From Octopus bimaculoides (taxonomy: Eukaryota), in contig NC_068985.1 of assembly GCF_001194135.2 (NCBI RefSeq), forward strand, positions 31,055,091 through 31,092,891: 37,801 nucleotides of DNA, given 5' to 3'. Every line of letters starts with the position of its first letter. Positions within the stretch are counted from its first letter, which is position 1. Shown here piece by piece: positions 22,906 to 35,063 of this stretch. The notes under the pieces were generated by a model. The model saw nothing but the letters and a program-made list of their open reading frames with translations. It was not told where the DNA came from and searched no databases. Position numbers and translations under genes: made by a program.

Positions 22906-24293
22906 GTAAGCTCATTATCATTGTACCAATAACACAAGAACATGCCCTTTTGCGTATTGTTGCTGTTAGATGGCAAGTTAATAGAGCACCAGAAAAATTA
23001 CTTTCTGGCATTTAGTTATAATCATCTGATTTCAAATGCTACCAGATTCAGTTTTGCCTTTCATGTTTCTGAGGTTAATAAAATAAAGTAACATTCAAGT
23101 ACAGAGGTCAGTATAAGTGACTGTTCTCTGACCCCTGAATTTGAAACCATATATCTATGTAAACAATTATTATCAATATTTGGAATTGCTAGAGGTGGAG
23201 TTAAGGTGTCTAAGAAAAAATATCTTGGATCAGTTTACAAACCAGATAAGTTATATTGTTGTTGTGTTTGTGTAGAGCCATTATATACAAAGATGAGAAG
23301 TCTTGTATTTTTCCCTATTTGAGGAAGAAAATGTCTTTACATTTTGGATGATTTGCTAGAAGAAATTTTTTTGGAATTTATTGATATGGCCATTCAATAA
23401 AGTGGAAGTAGAAAAGGCTCCCACAAAGATAGTAGCAGTAATGAAAACAAGAATTCCTCCATAGAAAATTTCAACTTTTATACATGCACAATGTAGCACA
23501 CAAATAAAGAACAATAACAAACATTTCAATAATGCAGTGAGAAAGAAATATTGAATATCAGCTTTAGAATAAACAAACAATGTTGGAGAGTTGTGTTACA
23601 AAGGCCAGTAGTTTCTTGTCTGAGAAATACATCCAGGAATGAATGCAAGGAGAAAAAGAACATATCTCTGAGTTTCAGGTACCCATAGAAAAATAAGTGA
23701 AAGGAGACTTGGCCAACGTAGGGAATGATGTCCTTTCCATTGACTTGAATAGGGCATACAGAAGCACATACCTGGTCTTTAAGACTAAGAACAAGGTGAT
23801 GGATAGAGTTATTGCATCACACATCTGGCTACAGGCTGAAACCAAAACATATGGAGCAACAAAATGCAAGGGCCACACAAGGAGATAAGTATTAATAGGG
23901 ATACTTGCCTGGAGATCACATTTGTGGCACAGTACTGGCAAAGCGGTGAGTGTCAAAGTGACTAGAAACAGCTTATCCCATAAATAACTTTATACATAAA
24001 CACACAAACATGCACACACTATATATATATTTACAAACACACACACACACACATGTATATACATACACCATACACACATGCATACTTTCATGCACATATA
24101 TACATCCACACATACACAAATACACATAGACATATACATACACACATATGCATGCACAGAAATACACACACACACACACACATATGCATACACAAACGTA
24201 TACATACAGCCATAATGTTAAAATTTTTATTTGAATAATACATGAGGGCCACTGCATGTGTACATCAGACTGACTCTTCAGTTTTTCTTCAAG

Positions 24294-24335
24294 CCAAGGA
24301 ATATCCTTGGACTGAAGCTGTACAAGTCCCCAAAA
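24294..24335 (+). CDS. Candidate micro-exon (42 nt, phase 1-1)
   Basis: Acceptor tcagtttttcttcaag, donor gttagt; reads KEYPWTEAVQVPK, frame-compatible with the neighbouring candidates. Confidence 0.25.
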
Positions 24336-24816
24336 GTTAGTATAGTTAATATTGGAAAATTCACTTAAAACACTACAATCCTCGGCATGACCTTATTGAG
24401 TTATGTTAAGGTATCAAGCCAGAGAAACCTTGCCAAAACAGACACTGGAATCCAATGCAACTCTCAAGCTCATTAAATCTTCTGGGATCATCCAACCCAT
24501 GCTAGCATGAAATGCAAACATTAAATGATGATGATAATGAACAACAGAATTTCAGTCATAATTCTCTAGCACTCTTGATTTCACACTAATTGTTGCTTGT
24601 AAACAGGGTTTAGTTGATCAAATCTCAACCATTTTTGTTCTGTGAAGACTTGGAAGTCTATGAACTTCATCATGGCCTGTTGATGGCAAGTACATTTGGG
24701 AACTGACTTGTCTTTTTCCAGTTTTCAAAAGTAAAAGAGTTATTATGCATGAACAGTTTAGAAGGGCAAACATAAACTTGACATAGGTCAGTGTGATAGA
24801 TAAACTGATCTCTTAA

Positions 24817-25098
24817 CTCTTTAGCACTCCTATTACTCTGTCAAATGTAATGCTTATTTATGTTTTAGTTGGAGGACATCACTCCAACTAATGCATAAAT
24901 ATTCCTCATCTCAGAAAATACAGTATTGTAATTATTTTGAATTGATCATGCATTGTCTCATAGCTTTGAAATTTCAATGTGAATGTTTATTTTTAGAATG
25001 ACATTGTAGGGTAGGTGTGAGACATTGGATCTGATCAGTTTGAGCATAAAACAAGTTGAATATTTTGGCCAGATATGGCCTGTTTAAATGCTAAAGGG
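24817..25098. mobile_element. TTAA-flanked MITE (piggyBac-like termini)
   Basis: TTAA|CTCTTTAGCA ... TGCTAAAGGG|TTAA, with TTAA at 24813-24816 and 25099-25102. Confidence 0.75.
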
Positions 25099-25140
25099 TT
25101 AAATTGCACTGCTTACCAAATTCCTAATGCTTATTTGCAG

Positions 25141-25217
25141 AGGCAACAGAAACAGTGTGGATTCAGGCAAAACATTCACTTCCAGATTCAGAGAAGCTAG
25201 GAACTAAAGAGTCTTGA
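25141..25217 (+). CDS. Candidate terminal coding exon
   Basis: Acceptor ttcctaatgcttatttgcag with a CTAAT branch-like motif; phase-1 frame ATETVWIQAKHSLPDSEKLGTKES*; AATAAA at ~25485 and ~25717. Confidence 0.25.
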
Positions 25218-26551
25218 TCCATTTTTTTAAATCCTTTCTGTGATTCTCACTGTTAACAAAGTTGTTTTTGATAGTCTGGGAAGTTGTAAGGGTTACATAT
25301 CACTTTTATCATTATCATCCTATTCTTCTTTATCTAAAATATGTTGGCACTGAATATATTGTTTTAAAAAACACTCAGTGAATGGAGTATTAATGTAAAA
25401 GTCTATCCAGCACAAACCATCCTAGCATGTTTTTCTTTGTAATCAGTTTATCTGTTTGCTACACCCTGCACATTTGATGCATTGACAATAAAACCATTTG
25501 CAATGGGCTTTTTCTTTCATGCCATAAGGAGAATTAATGTACAGTTTGGATTTGGAGTACAAAGAAAAATATGTAGAGGAATGAAAATTGTACAGTTTTA
25601 CATCCTCAGAAGTCATACAAACATTGTAACAGCAAAGGGTAAATATAGAAAGATAGAAACTAGGATTTACAGTAATGAATGATAAAAAATGGAGAATAAA
25701 AATGAAGATAACTCAAATAAATAAGGCATTGGGTTAATTCTTCTACTCCTGAAAAAAAAAAATATATAAGTAATTTAAAAGGGCTGTTTATCAATATCAA
25801 TTAACCGGCATTAACCAGCAGTTAATTTGCCAACATTGCTAATTTCATGATCCCTTTGCTTGCTCTGTTTGATTTATCGATTTTTACAGCTATACGCGGG
25901 TGCCTCTGAGAGAAAAACTTCGCTAAAATGCACATAAGGTCATGACACATCTCCTCTTAAAATTGGAGCGACATGCGTGCTAATTTGTGGACGTCATAAA
26001 CTACATTCACGTACACACACATCCTCTCTTTTATATATATACAGATAATGCATCCTAGAACTGGCATTAATTTATTTTCCTTTTATGCAACCTAGATGTG
26101 AACTGAATTACAAAAGAATGACTACGATGTTTTTGATGGAGGAAGGATGCAGAGATAAACAGTCCATTGAACTGACCCTGTTTCTTAATATTAATTTCTA
26201 ATATAAGCACAGTCTTAGACTTGGGGGGAAGGGCAAGGATATAACTAATTAAGGATATAAGGGAGCGAGAATATAAACAATTAATTCAGCCAACTTCCTA
26301 ACTGGTATTATTTTGGCATTTTGTTCACCAATCTAATAAGTCTGTTAATTCTCCAACCCCATTAATAATAACAAGGTGCAGGGGATAAGATATATATACC
26401 ATGACTCTGAGAAGCCTTTCTTGGCCAAATGCGAAATAAATAGACAGCCTATTAGGTGTGATGTGGCTACATTTCAAATTGTACTGAAGTCCACAACAGT
26501 CACATCCATTGATACACACACATACACACTGCAGACATCTACAGTTTGTAG

Positions 26552-26595
<44 letters not shown>

Positions 26596-26684
26596 GTACC
26601 ACATGCGCGTGCGTGCATGTTTTACGCGTAGAGATACGGGTTAAAAGCATCTGTAAGTTCGAGTCAACAATGGAATTTCTACGT

Positions 26685-26833
26685 GGTCGCTCAACCTACT
26701 AGAAATAGTAACCAAATCTTTCCAAACCACACTCTTGAAAAAAAAACGGCACGTTTGATGATGTGGCGCTGGATTTCCGGAACATAGAAAAAGACAGGAT
26801 CGATCAGGACTAACCTGGGGCTTAACAACATCT
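26685..26833 (+). mobile_element. SINE (family C)
   Basis: ctcaacctactagaaatagtaaccaaatct...gatcaggactaacctggggcttaacaac. Confidence 0.6.
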
Positions 26834-27025
26834 GTAAGTTACAATGGAAGATCATATTGTGAAGTCTAGTAACGGGCACACATAAGCACATACAAACGCA
26901 AGTATACAGAAAATGTATACTGCCATATTTGTAGTTACATACAATCATACAGTCAATAAGTAAATCTGTTCTTACATATCATACAATCGCATGTCTGCTC
27001 ACAAACGACACAGACCCATAACGAA

Positions 27026-27179
<154 letters not shown>

Positions 27180-27763
27180 TCATAGAAACTTAGAGACAAC
27201 AGTTACATCTTGAATTACATCCAACAATTATTTTTCTATATTCCCGCGCCCATTCTGCCCTTTGAAAAGAACGGATACACATAAAACCAGTCAAAGACCG
27301 CAGATAGCTTTATCGTGCCAGTAATCTGACCCAGATATCTAAAGACAGAACGGTGGTTTTATTTTCAAGATGCAAACGTGATATGTTTAAGGGTCTTGAA
27401 TTTAAGTTTCAGTCATAGCTGTTCTCGTAATCGTCGTCGTTATATTAGGGGAAAATTTTTTAAATAAGAAAGAAAGAAAGAAAACTGAAGAGCTTTAATT
27501 TGTACATAAGACAAATTTCTCCTTCGCTTGCTAAATAGATTTTTGTCCATGGGGAATTATTTGAACTCAACATTGTTAAGCAACGGAAAACACTCGTTAA
27601 TTGTGATACTGTATCTCCACTGTTAACAGCAGTGAACTTTCTAGTCTCTGATACATTATACATTGAATAAAGAGGGTAATGGCTACATTTTTCATCAAAC
27701 GTCTGCTCCATCAGAGCTAAATGGCAACAACAACAATAAAAACAAAATCGCAGAACTAGCTGT

Positions 27764-28325
27764 AATTGGGCAAGACTTACCCCCGTCCCCACCCAAAAAA
27801 ACACCCTTTTTTAACATTTTTTTCGACACAACACCCCCCACACGCACACACACACACACTTTTGGGCTACGGGGAACACGAATCTGCAAAAAAATTGGCA
27901 AAAATCGGCAATTTAAAATTATTACTCCCATCACCACCATTTCCTTCATTTTTTTACTTTTTTCAGAATTGTTTTTTTTTCAAAATATGTGGAAAAATAC
28001 GGAGGTTACGATTCTAAAAAAAATTTCCAAAAATTTTTGTAAAATTTTTTTTCAAGAATTTTTTTTATAAATATGTGGAAAAATACGGACATTACGATTC
28101 TGACAAAAATTTCAAAACATTTCTGTAGTTAGGGTTGAGGGAAAAAAGTCAAAATTTAAGAATTTGGGCGGGGAGGGGAGTGGAGGAATTTCACAATGAC
28201 GATTTTTGGCAATATTTCGGAACCTCCGTATCCGAAAAACGGGGATTTTTGGCAAAAAAATTTTTTTAAATAAACAAATTTAGGAGAAAATGGGGGTGGG
28301 GCGGGTGGAAGTCTTTCCCGTAATT
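27764..28325. mobile_element. MITE-like element with ~30-bp imperfect TIRs and an internal 86-bp duplication
   Basis: Left aattgggcaagacttacccccgtccccaccc versus right reverse complement aattacgggaaagacttccacccgccccaccc; aaatatgtggaaaaatacgga..ttacgattct at 27983 and 28069. Confidence 0.65.
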
Positions 28326-28555
28326 GTTACCGTTGTTGAGGAGGCTGCTCGGGCAAGCTTGTAGTATCTGTAGCTGATTGTTGTTTACTCCCATTTCAGG
28401 ACTGATCGAGCAGACTAATTATCAAAGGCTCCATAAGTCGCCACTTTGTCGTTTGTTTATCTAGTATTACATTGTTTCACATTCTTCTCTTTTAAGACAA
28501 TACGATTTGATATGAAGGAAATTTTATTTCTGAAAGATCGAACAACCGCGTAGAG

Positions 28556-28835
28556 CAGTGATTCCCAAAGTGGGCAGTACTGTCCCTTTCGGGGCGGTGA
28601 AAAAATCCAGGGGACGTTGAAGAAAAGTGGGATGATAATGAGGTGGTCAAAATCGGGTGACATGTAAAAAAATATTAATAGGTTGATTAGGTTTAAGTTT
28701 TATTTGTGAAATACAGTTGTTTTGAATTTGCTGCAGAAAGTAATCTATATTTATGGTGAGGAGGGTGAGGGGGCACTGGGAATGTGGCCTGGGTGCCAAG
28801 AGGGGCGGCAGCTTGAAAAAGTTTGGGAACTACTG
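28556..28835. mobile_element. hAT (Charlie-like) MITE
   Basis: TIRs CAGTGATTCCCAAAGT and AGTTTGGGAACTACTG; flanks gcgtagag and (c)acgtagag form a near-identical 8-bp TSD with central TA. Confidence 0.85.
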
Positions 28836-28953
28836 CACGTAGAGGATCCTTTGTTGGTTTGACTTGTTTGTCAAATGTATAGGGCGGTTCACAGATCCAA
28901 CCCTCTCTTTAATGCCATGTCCCTGTTCAGACATGAACTCACCATTTAATAAC

Positions 28954-29191
28954 ATAAGCATGACGTAAGGTGGTGAGCTGGCAGAACTGTTAGCACACCA
29001 GGCAAAATGTTTAGCGGCATTTCGTTCGTCTTTATGTTCTGAGTTCAAATTTCGCCAAATTCGACTTTGCCTTTCATCTTTTCGGGGTCGATAAATTAAG
29101 TACTTGTTGAACACTTTCAATGTCATCGGCTTACCTCGAACCTGCTAGCTTTGTGCCAAAATTTAAAACCAATATAAGCATGACGTAAGGT
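28954..29191 (+). mobile_element. tRNA-derived SINE (family A), well preserved, with 18-bp flanking direct repeat
   Basis: ataagcatgacgtaaggt at 28954-28971 and 29174-29191; A-box-like tggcagaactg, B-box gagttcaaatt. Confidence 0.9.
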
Positions 29192-29473
29192 ACCAAGAGA
29201 AGTTAGCACTACGGGGTTTTTTCATCGCGTCGGATTTACTATTGTGCAAATGGCAAATTATAAAAGTCTTTTTTAAAGTTAATGGAAAAAATAAATATTG
29301 AACATTTACATTTTTTTCATGTTATCTTTTAGCAGGACTATTTGGCAATTGCACCTGGATCGCTATATCCGATGGAAAAAAAAGAATAAACTGAAGAATA
29401 CAACTGCAATTCGCTAGAATATTAGCAACGTCATTTAAAAATCTGACCATTCAAGACTTCTTAATGGAATGTG

Positions 29474-29795
29474 TGTTAGAACAATTTCATCATTTTAGTC
29501 ACTACTGAAAGACGATGGACGGCAGACATTAGACAGGACAGAAGACAGTAGACAGTAGCACAACCAGCAGCTGACCAGAGTGCGGTTGCAGCACAAAAAC
29601 GATGAACGGACAACGACAGCAACAGACAATCATCATCTAACATCAAGAAAGAAACTCGTGACAGCGACTACTATGAAACCTAATCCAAGAACAATAAGCT
29701 TCGAACTATCTCGTTTACGGTAAAGCTTATTTGCAATACGAATAAATATTTTTTTATAAAAAATCTCAGAGATTTCAGTGTTCTTTATCGTAACA
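29474..29795 (+). mobile_element. Possible solo LTR
   Basis: TGTTA...TAACA termini, AATAAA at ~29741, purine-rich interior; no TSD visible. Confidence 0.4.
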
Positions 29796-29824
29796 CCCTA
29801 ATCCAATGGCTCCCAAACTTCTCT

Positions 29825-29856
<32 letters not shown>

Positions 29857-30039
29857 CTAATGTTTGATTAATTTTCATATTCTCTGCGGAAAGACGGAAA
29901 GGTCAATTTTCTAAAAAGTAATATATTAATTTATTGTTTTAGATTGAACCACAAACAGTACTGTGGGTGAAGAAAGTGAACAAAAAAGGTAACTTTTGGC
30001 ACAGCACAAAATGAAAGTGTAAACTGAGCATTTAGAAAA

Positions 30040-30720
30040 AAAAACGGCAGACAGTGAAATCACGTCCTACTGCTATTGAAGTAAGGCTTGCACTTCTCCA
30101 CTATTTTTCACTTGATGTTATATAATCCATGGCGCTTTCTTTCAACGATCATATATGCCTCGCCAGGATTGTGACATTTCGCTTCTCCGAGATATTGAAG
30201 GAGAACTTGTGATGATCAAATCTGATACTGAAGGGACCGTCTGTTGCATCCAAATATTTATGTACGTCTATCTACTTGCTGGGATCCTTTAACAACTCTG
30301 CGTCATATACAACGGTTTCTGTGTTGCATTGACCGATAAATGGACATGCAATATTGTCTCTACCTGAGAATTCTACTTGTTTCAGGTATGGGACAACCAA
30401 GATTTTCTTTATACTAGGTGGTACAGATAAAGAGGCTCTTAAGGTATGTCTTTTAAATGTTTATCTGTATTAATGCGTTTGAGGAAAGTTTCATCGACTA
30501 AACCAGAGATACTACCTACACGAGTTTTTACGTCCGGGAGGTGTGAGCAACAAAACTTTCAAGGAGCGTTTTATCTCGGTGGGATTAGGGTTGGATATGT
30601 AACTAATTTTATCTTTAAATCTGCTGGCGGTCAGGTCCTCTTGTAGTACGGAACCAGGGGGTCGAAAATCTCTTTACTCGAAGGCAGATTGGAGGAGGTA
30701 TGTACTTGAATACTGGCGGA
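30040..30720 (-). mobile_element. Penelope-like element, RT-thumb to GIY-YIG relic
   Basis: PSSKEIFDPLVPYYK ... IACPFIGQCNTETVVYDAEL..KYLDATDGPFSIRFDHHKFSF..TILARHI*SLKE..NIK*KIVEKCKPYFNSSRT; same domain pattern as 3290-3600. Confidence 0.85.
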
Positions 30721-31694
30721 CTGCACCATGAATATAAACGCTAAAGCTTCCACGGTCAGTAACTATCATCATCAAAGTCTGAGGGTACAGCACAAGACTT
30801 TCCACATCCAGGTTATCACATACAAACACACACAGATACACACACGTACATGTCCATACATGTTTTTAAGATTGATCATCTCCTTTCCTCTGCACGCACA
30901 TCTACCGCATTCCGCCCGTACCCCAGCACCGACCTCACTGTGCAGGTATTTACCCCTTACACAGTGGTAGCATTGTCTGATCCTTTCCAAAGAGTATAAC
31001 TGATAAAATTACCCTTCTGAGCTTTAACCGCATGTCTTTTTCGTTTCCGTTTTTTGTTGATCATTTTTCTCCTGATCTGGCTTCTCCCAACTCACATAAA
31101 CCAGATATATTTTCAGACTACCGATAGTATGGAGCCGATGCTATACTTTTTCTATTATCCTTTGTGTCGAATGCTGGAATTAGTTTCCTTTTTTCTCAAA
31201 CTCACGAATACGAAACCGATTGATAGAATCGGCAGAAAATGGCTCTATAATACAGTGCCTATTTGTGCTTCTGTGTGTGTGTGTGTGAAACATTAATTGA
31301 TATGGGCAGTAAGACGAGAGGAGGATGTGAATGAACTCCTGGGATCTTTGAGAGCATGATGAAACGCCCTCTGTAACCTTAGAGCTGTTTCGACAGACCT
31401 AACTAAGCAGAATTTAAACATGAAATAAAATACTTCATATTTCAACAAGTCGTTATTTATGGATATTCACAACGCAAATTGGTTAGTGATACCAACATTG
31501 ATAAGACGTGTAATGTTTCTTCGACGAAAAACTACTGTAACACTTCTCATCAACGAGGAAGCCTTTATTTTAGTCATGGGTAGACTACAACCCGCAGGAC
31601 TTTCTGAATGGCACACCGAACGAAAAATTGCTTTGAATTTTTTTGTAATGCGGCACACCTGGTAATGAGTCATGTATCATGCGGCCCACTTCTC

Positions 31695-31723
31695 ATAAAT
31701 GTTTGCCCATACCTGTCTGTCTG
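31695..31723. mobile_element. hAT-type terminal inverted repeat remnant
   Basis: ...aaatgtttgcccatacctg is the reverse complement of CAGGTATGGGCAAAC; no partner end located. Confidence 0.4.
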
Positions 31724-31779
31724 ATCGCTTCACGTGCGAGGAATAGCGACCAAATCTCCTTCAAATCACACTCTACGGT

Positions 31780-34060
31780 ATTTTTTTTTTAATGCACATA
31801 TTGAACAACGAAATACCTAGATGATCATGATGGGAATGCTCTTGATCATAGATCTGCCGGTCAAGGCTGACTTGGAGCGAAGCAACAAAACCTGTGTGGG
31901 GGGAGGTAAAATGGGTAAGTGAGGCAAAATAAGTAATTTCTGATTTCTTGTTATTTTTTCCTAACTTGTTTGAAATCATTATATTGCAAGTATTGCATCA
32001 TCATTTTGTACTGTTGCATCAACTTTAGGAGTAAAAATTGGTCAGCATAATTGTCGTTGAAATTTGATCCTCAAATTTGATCCGACTATAATTGAAGTTG
32101 CTAATAAAGCATCAAGGTAATTCTTGGTGCTTAACGACCAAAATCCTTTTCACTGTTGGATTCCAAGTCAATTTTTTCGCCAAACTAATATCTAATTCGA
32201 TAATTTTCGATTTTCAAAAAAAGCCGAACAAAATGGATAATGACAACTTTCGATAATTTCTTCTCTTTAATTGCATGGTGCGTAAATATATCGGGAAGAG
32301 AGCCACTCCAACAGATCGTAAAGAAGCTATAGAAAATATTTTATGTTGAGCTTTTAGATTTAATCTTGTTTCCTTAATTTCTTATCATGTGCCATTTTTC
32401 CATGATCTTGTTTCATTTGACCTAGATATTTTTAATTTTGTTGCATTTCTGGTCTTTCTGATGTCTAAGGGTGGATATTGATGTGTATGAGTTTTTTTTT
32501 TTCAAGTGTAATTCTAGAAAACGGAACAGGCAAATTTACCTTATTTTATCGTACTCATTTTGTCCCACCAAAATTTGTTTTTTGTACGATCAAAGAGAAC
32601 GGAGATAATTTTCTGAGATAGTGTTCTGAATATGTTATAGTGTTTTTTAGACTTAGTTTTTGCAAGGTAGTGAACATTTGTTAAACATATTCAACTAGAA
32701 CGCTGATCGCTTAGATGAAAACTTCTGGACTTCCAGGAACTGTGGTCACTCAAGTGGTGGCGGCATCTGGGCGCCCTCCTTCCCGATGAACCAGTCAGAA
32801 TACATTTCGAAGTACCGCAAGTTACAGGTCTTAAAACTTTCGAGGAATTTCATGTTAGAAATACCATTTAAATTTTCCTCATAATATGTTCTTATATGTA
32901 CTACTTTAAAAAAACAAGAGGGTTATGGGTCTGCTCGTTCAGAGCTGGCCTGGGGCTAAACAACATCGTAAGAATATCTCATTGATTCACTGTATTTGAC
33001 ATGGAGTCCATGGCCATCTCAAAAAGTGTTCTCTGCGATATCAACGAGAGGGATATCAGAGAGTAGGAACTCAGCAATTATAATTCGATAAATTCTTCAT
33101 CATCCTTTTTGAACTGATTCTGTTTTAATTAACAATATTCCAGGGAGACTTTTTGTACCGGTCTCTAATAAGGGATTTACTTTGATCACCAATTATTTTT
33201 TCAACTGACAGTTCAAAAGCACAAAAGACAAGTTCGTCTTCTTAAACTCCAAGCCGATTTCATTCACATCTGCTTGGATGAATATTATACTGAGACAGAG
33301 CAATTTAGCTTTCGTATTGAGAGAGAAAGAAAACTGTTTGGCCCACTTCCATCGCTAGGTAGATACATGCAAATATATTTTGTTTGGATTTGAAATGTTG
33401 ACTTCATTAACTTCAGCCAAATTTTCGATTGGGTTGAGCATATGTTACACAGAGTTCAAGTGAGTCTTTCAAATGACTACTGTACCCACATCTAGGACAA
33501 TAGTGCATACAGACATCTTGGTTCCTATCAAAAAGAAAAATTCTAAAAATAGACTGTTCATTTGATAGTTGTGAAGTCATTCACCTATACCAGTGTTACC
33601 CAAACCTTTCGCGCCAAATCGTAATATTACCCACCTATCGGCCAAAAATATGCTCCATCACCCACCTGTGTAAAAAAAAGACCCTGACACCACCCACCGC
33701 CAACACAAAATCTCCTACCCCACCCCTGTATCATTTGACTCACACTATATCGTAGACTCGTTGCCTGGTTAGTGCCGTTTGTACTAAATATGCGGTTGTT
33801 TACAAATCTCTTATTGTGGGTTTAGTTTTGCCATTAGTGTCAATAAAATTCTAACGTTAACTATATATTTTTCAGACAGATTAACTTCTGGAAACTTGCG
33901 CTTTCTTTGACACTGATTTTCATTTTCCCCAAATGAACCATTGATCAGAACTACCGATGCAAAAATAATGATTTTATTATAAAGGAAAAGAATAAAACTT
34001 TTTAATGAGAACCATGTGTTTGGTGCGATGCAGCTAGTGCAGATACATTTGGTTTCAAAC
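31780..34060 (-). pseudogene. Possible decayed LRR-containing 7TM receptor (GRL101/LGR-like) relic
   Basis: Signal-peptide-like IIIFASVVLING (~33930-33965); LRR-like LVIKVNPLL..SLPG and LLSDIPLVDIAENTF (~33020-33066); Cys/Pro hinge-like stretch near 32750; hydrophobic segments at ~32220-32330 and ~31800-31955. Many stops; pattern-level evidence only. Confidence 0.33.
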
Positions 34061-34439
34061 ATGTCGAAAATTTTGGGAGTTCATTGAATGGTTTCTACTT
34101 CTAATTCAAGGGTTCGACTTACTACATGAGGTAACATGCTGATTCTCTCTGGGAGTTACGTTGACGTTAAGAGTGTTCATTTATGTGGAATACTCAGGCA
34201 TTTCACGGATTGATTCGTAGAGTAGGCCATTCAGTTGATCGAATATTTAAATACACGTCGTCGAAATTGATGGAGGATCTGTACGTACAATAGGTGAGGA
34301 TCGAGAAGACGTTTACTGAATAATTTTACTATAATACTAGTTTCAAATATTATTTACTTTGCATTTTCGGCATAGTATATAATTACATTATACTGTCATA
34401 TTTAAGCATATATTGACGAGTACTATTTTAGCGTGCTAT

Positions 34440-34508
34440 CTAACCCTAACCCTAACCCTAAGCTCTAAACCTGACCAACCTTAACTCTTATCCTAAACCC
34501 TAACCCTA
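34440..34508 (+). repeat. Interstitial (CCCTAA)n-like repeat
   Basis: ctaaccctaaccctaacccta followed by degenerate units. Confidence 0.8.
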
Positions 34509-35063
34509 TTAATAACCCAGGTCAGAACATTGGAGGCATAAATGAAAATTACAGGAGTTTAAATCATAAGAGATCGATAAAAGATCAGTTGAAGAATGTT
34601 CATACTGGTTGTAATATATGCTGGTGTTCTCCCGGAAGTTATACAGTAAATCCAAATTACTGATATTATATAGTGGATAAAACTGTTCATCATAAGTAGA
34701 ATCCAAAGCTGGATGCCAAGATGGAAAGTGTGGAGTTAGTTCCTTACAGCTGTTTCGAGAATAGATACGCAGATGGTGCGTTTCACTGCAACCAAAGAAA
34801 TATATATATATCTTTTATGCGTGAGGTGGGAAGGTGCGCCCGCGTACATTTGTGTTTACAAACAAGTACTCAATACAGAAGCAGAGTGTAGCTATTTCTT
34901 ATAGAGCTGAGATTAAACTCACTCTCTTTTTAATCCAGAATTTCATGAATGCCTGTTGCTGATCACGTAACAGTCTTTTGAAATACAAAGCACAATTTTT
35001 ATAACATTGATCATATGCTTGGAGAGCCATTGAATGGAAAAGTGTGTGTATGTATGTATGTAT

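Noticed and set aside
23356-23580. Hydrophobic 74-aa minus-strand ORF
   Set aside because: Hydrophobicity is expected from T-rich sequence; no family motif and no linked exons.
27460-27804. 114-aa minus-strand ORF
   Set aside because: It starts inside a MITE TIR and a (TTG)n run; no recognisable domain.
32699-33355. Two plus-strand exon-like open segments (32699-32827 and ~33211-33357)
   Set aside because: Their phases are incompatible with each other, the first donor is weak, and the opposite strand offers a competing LRR-like reading.
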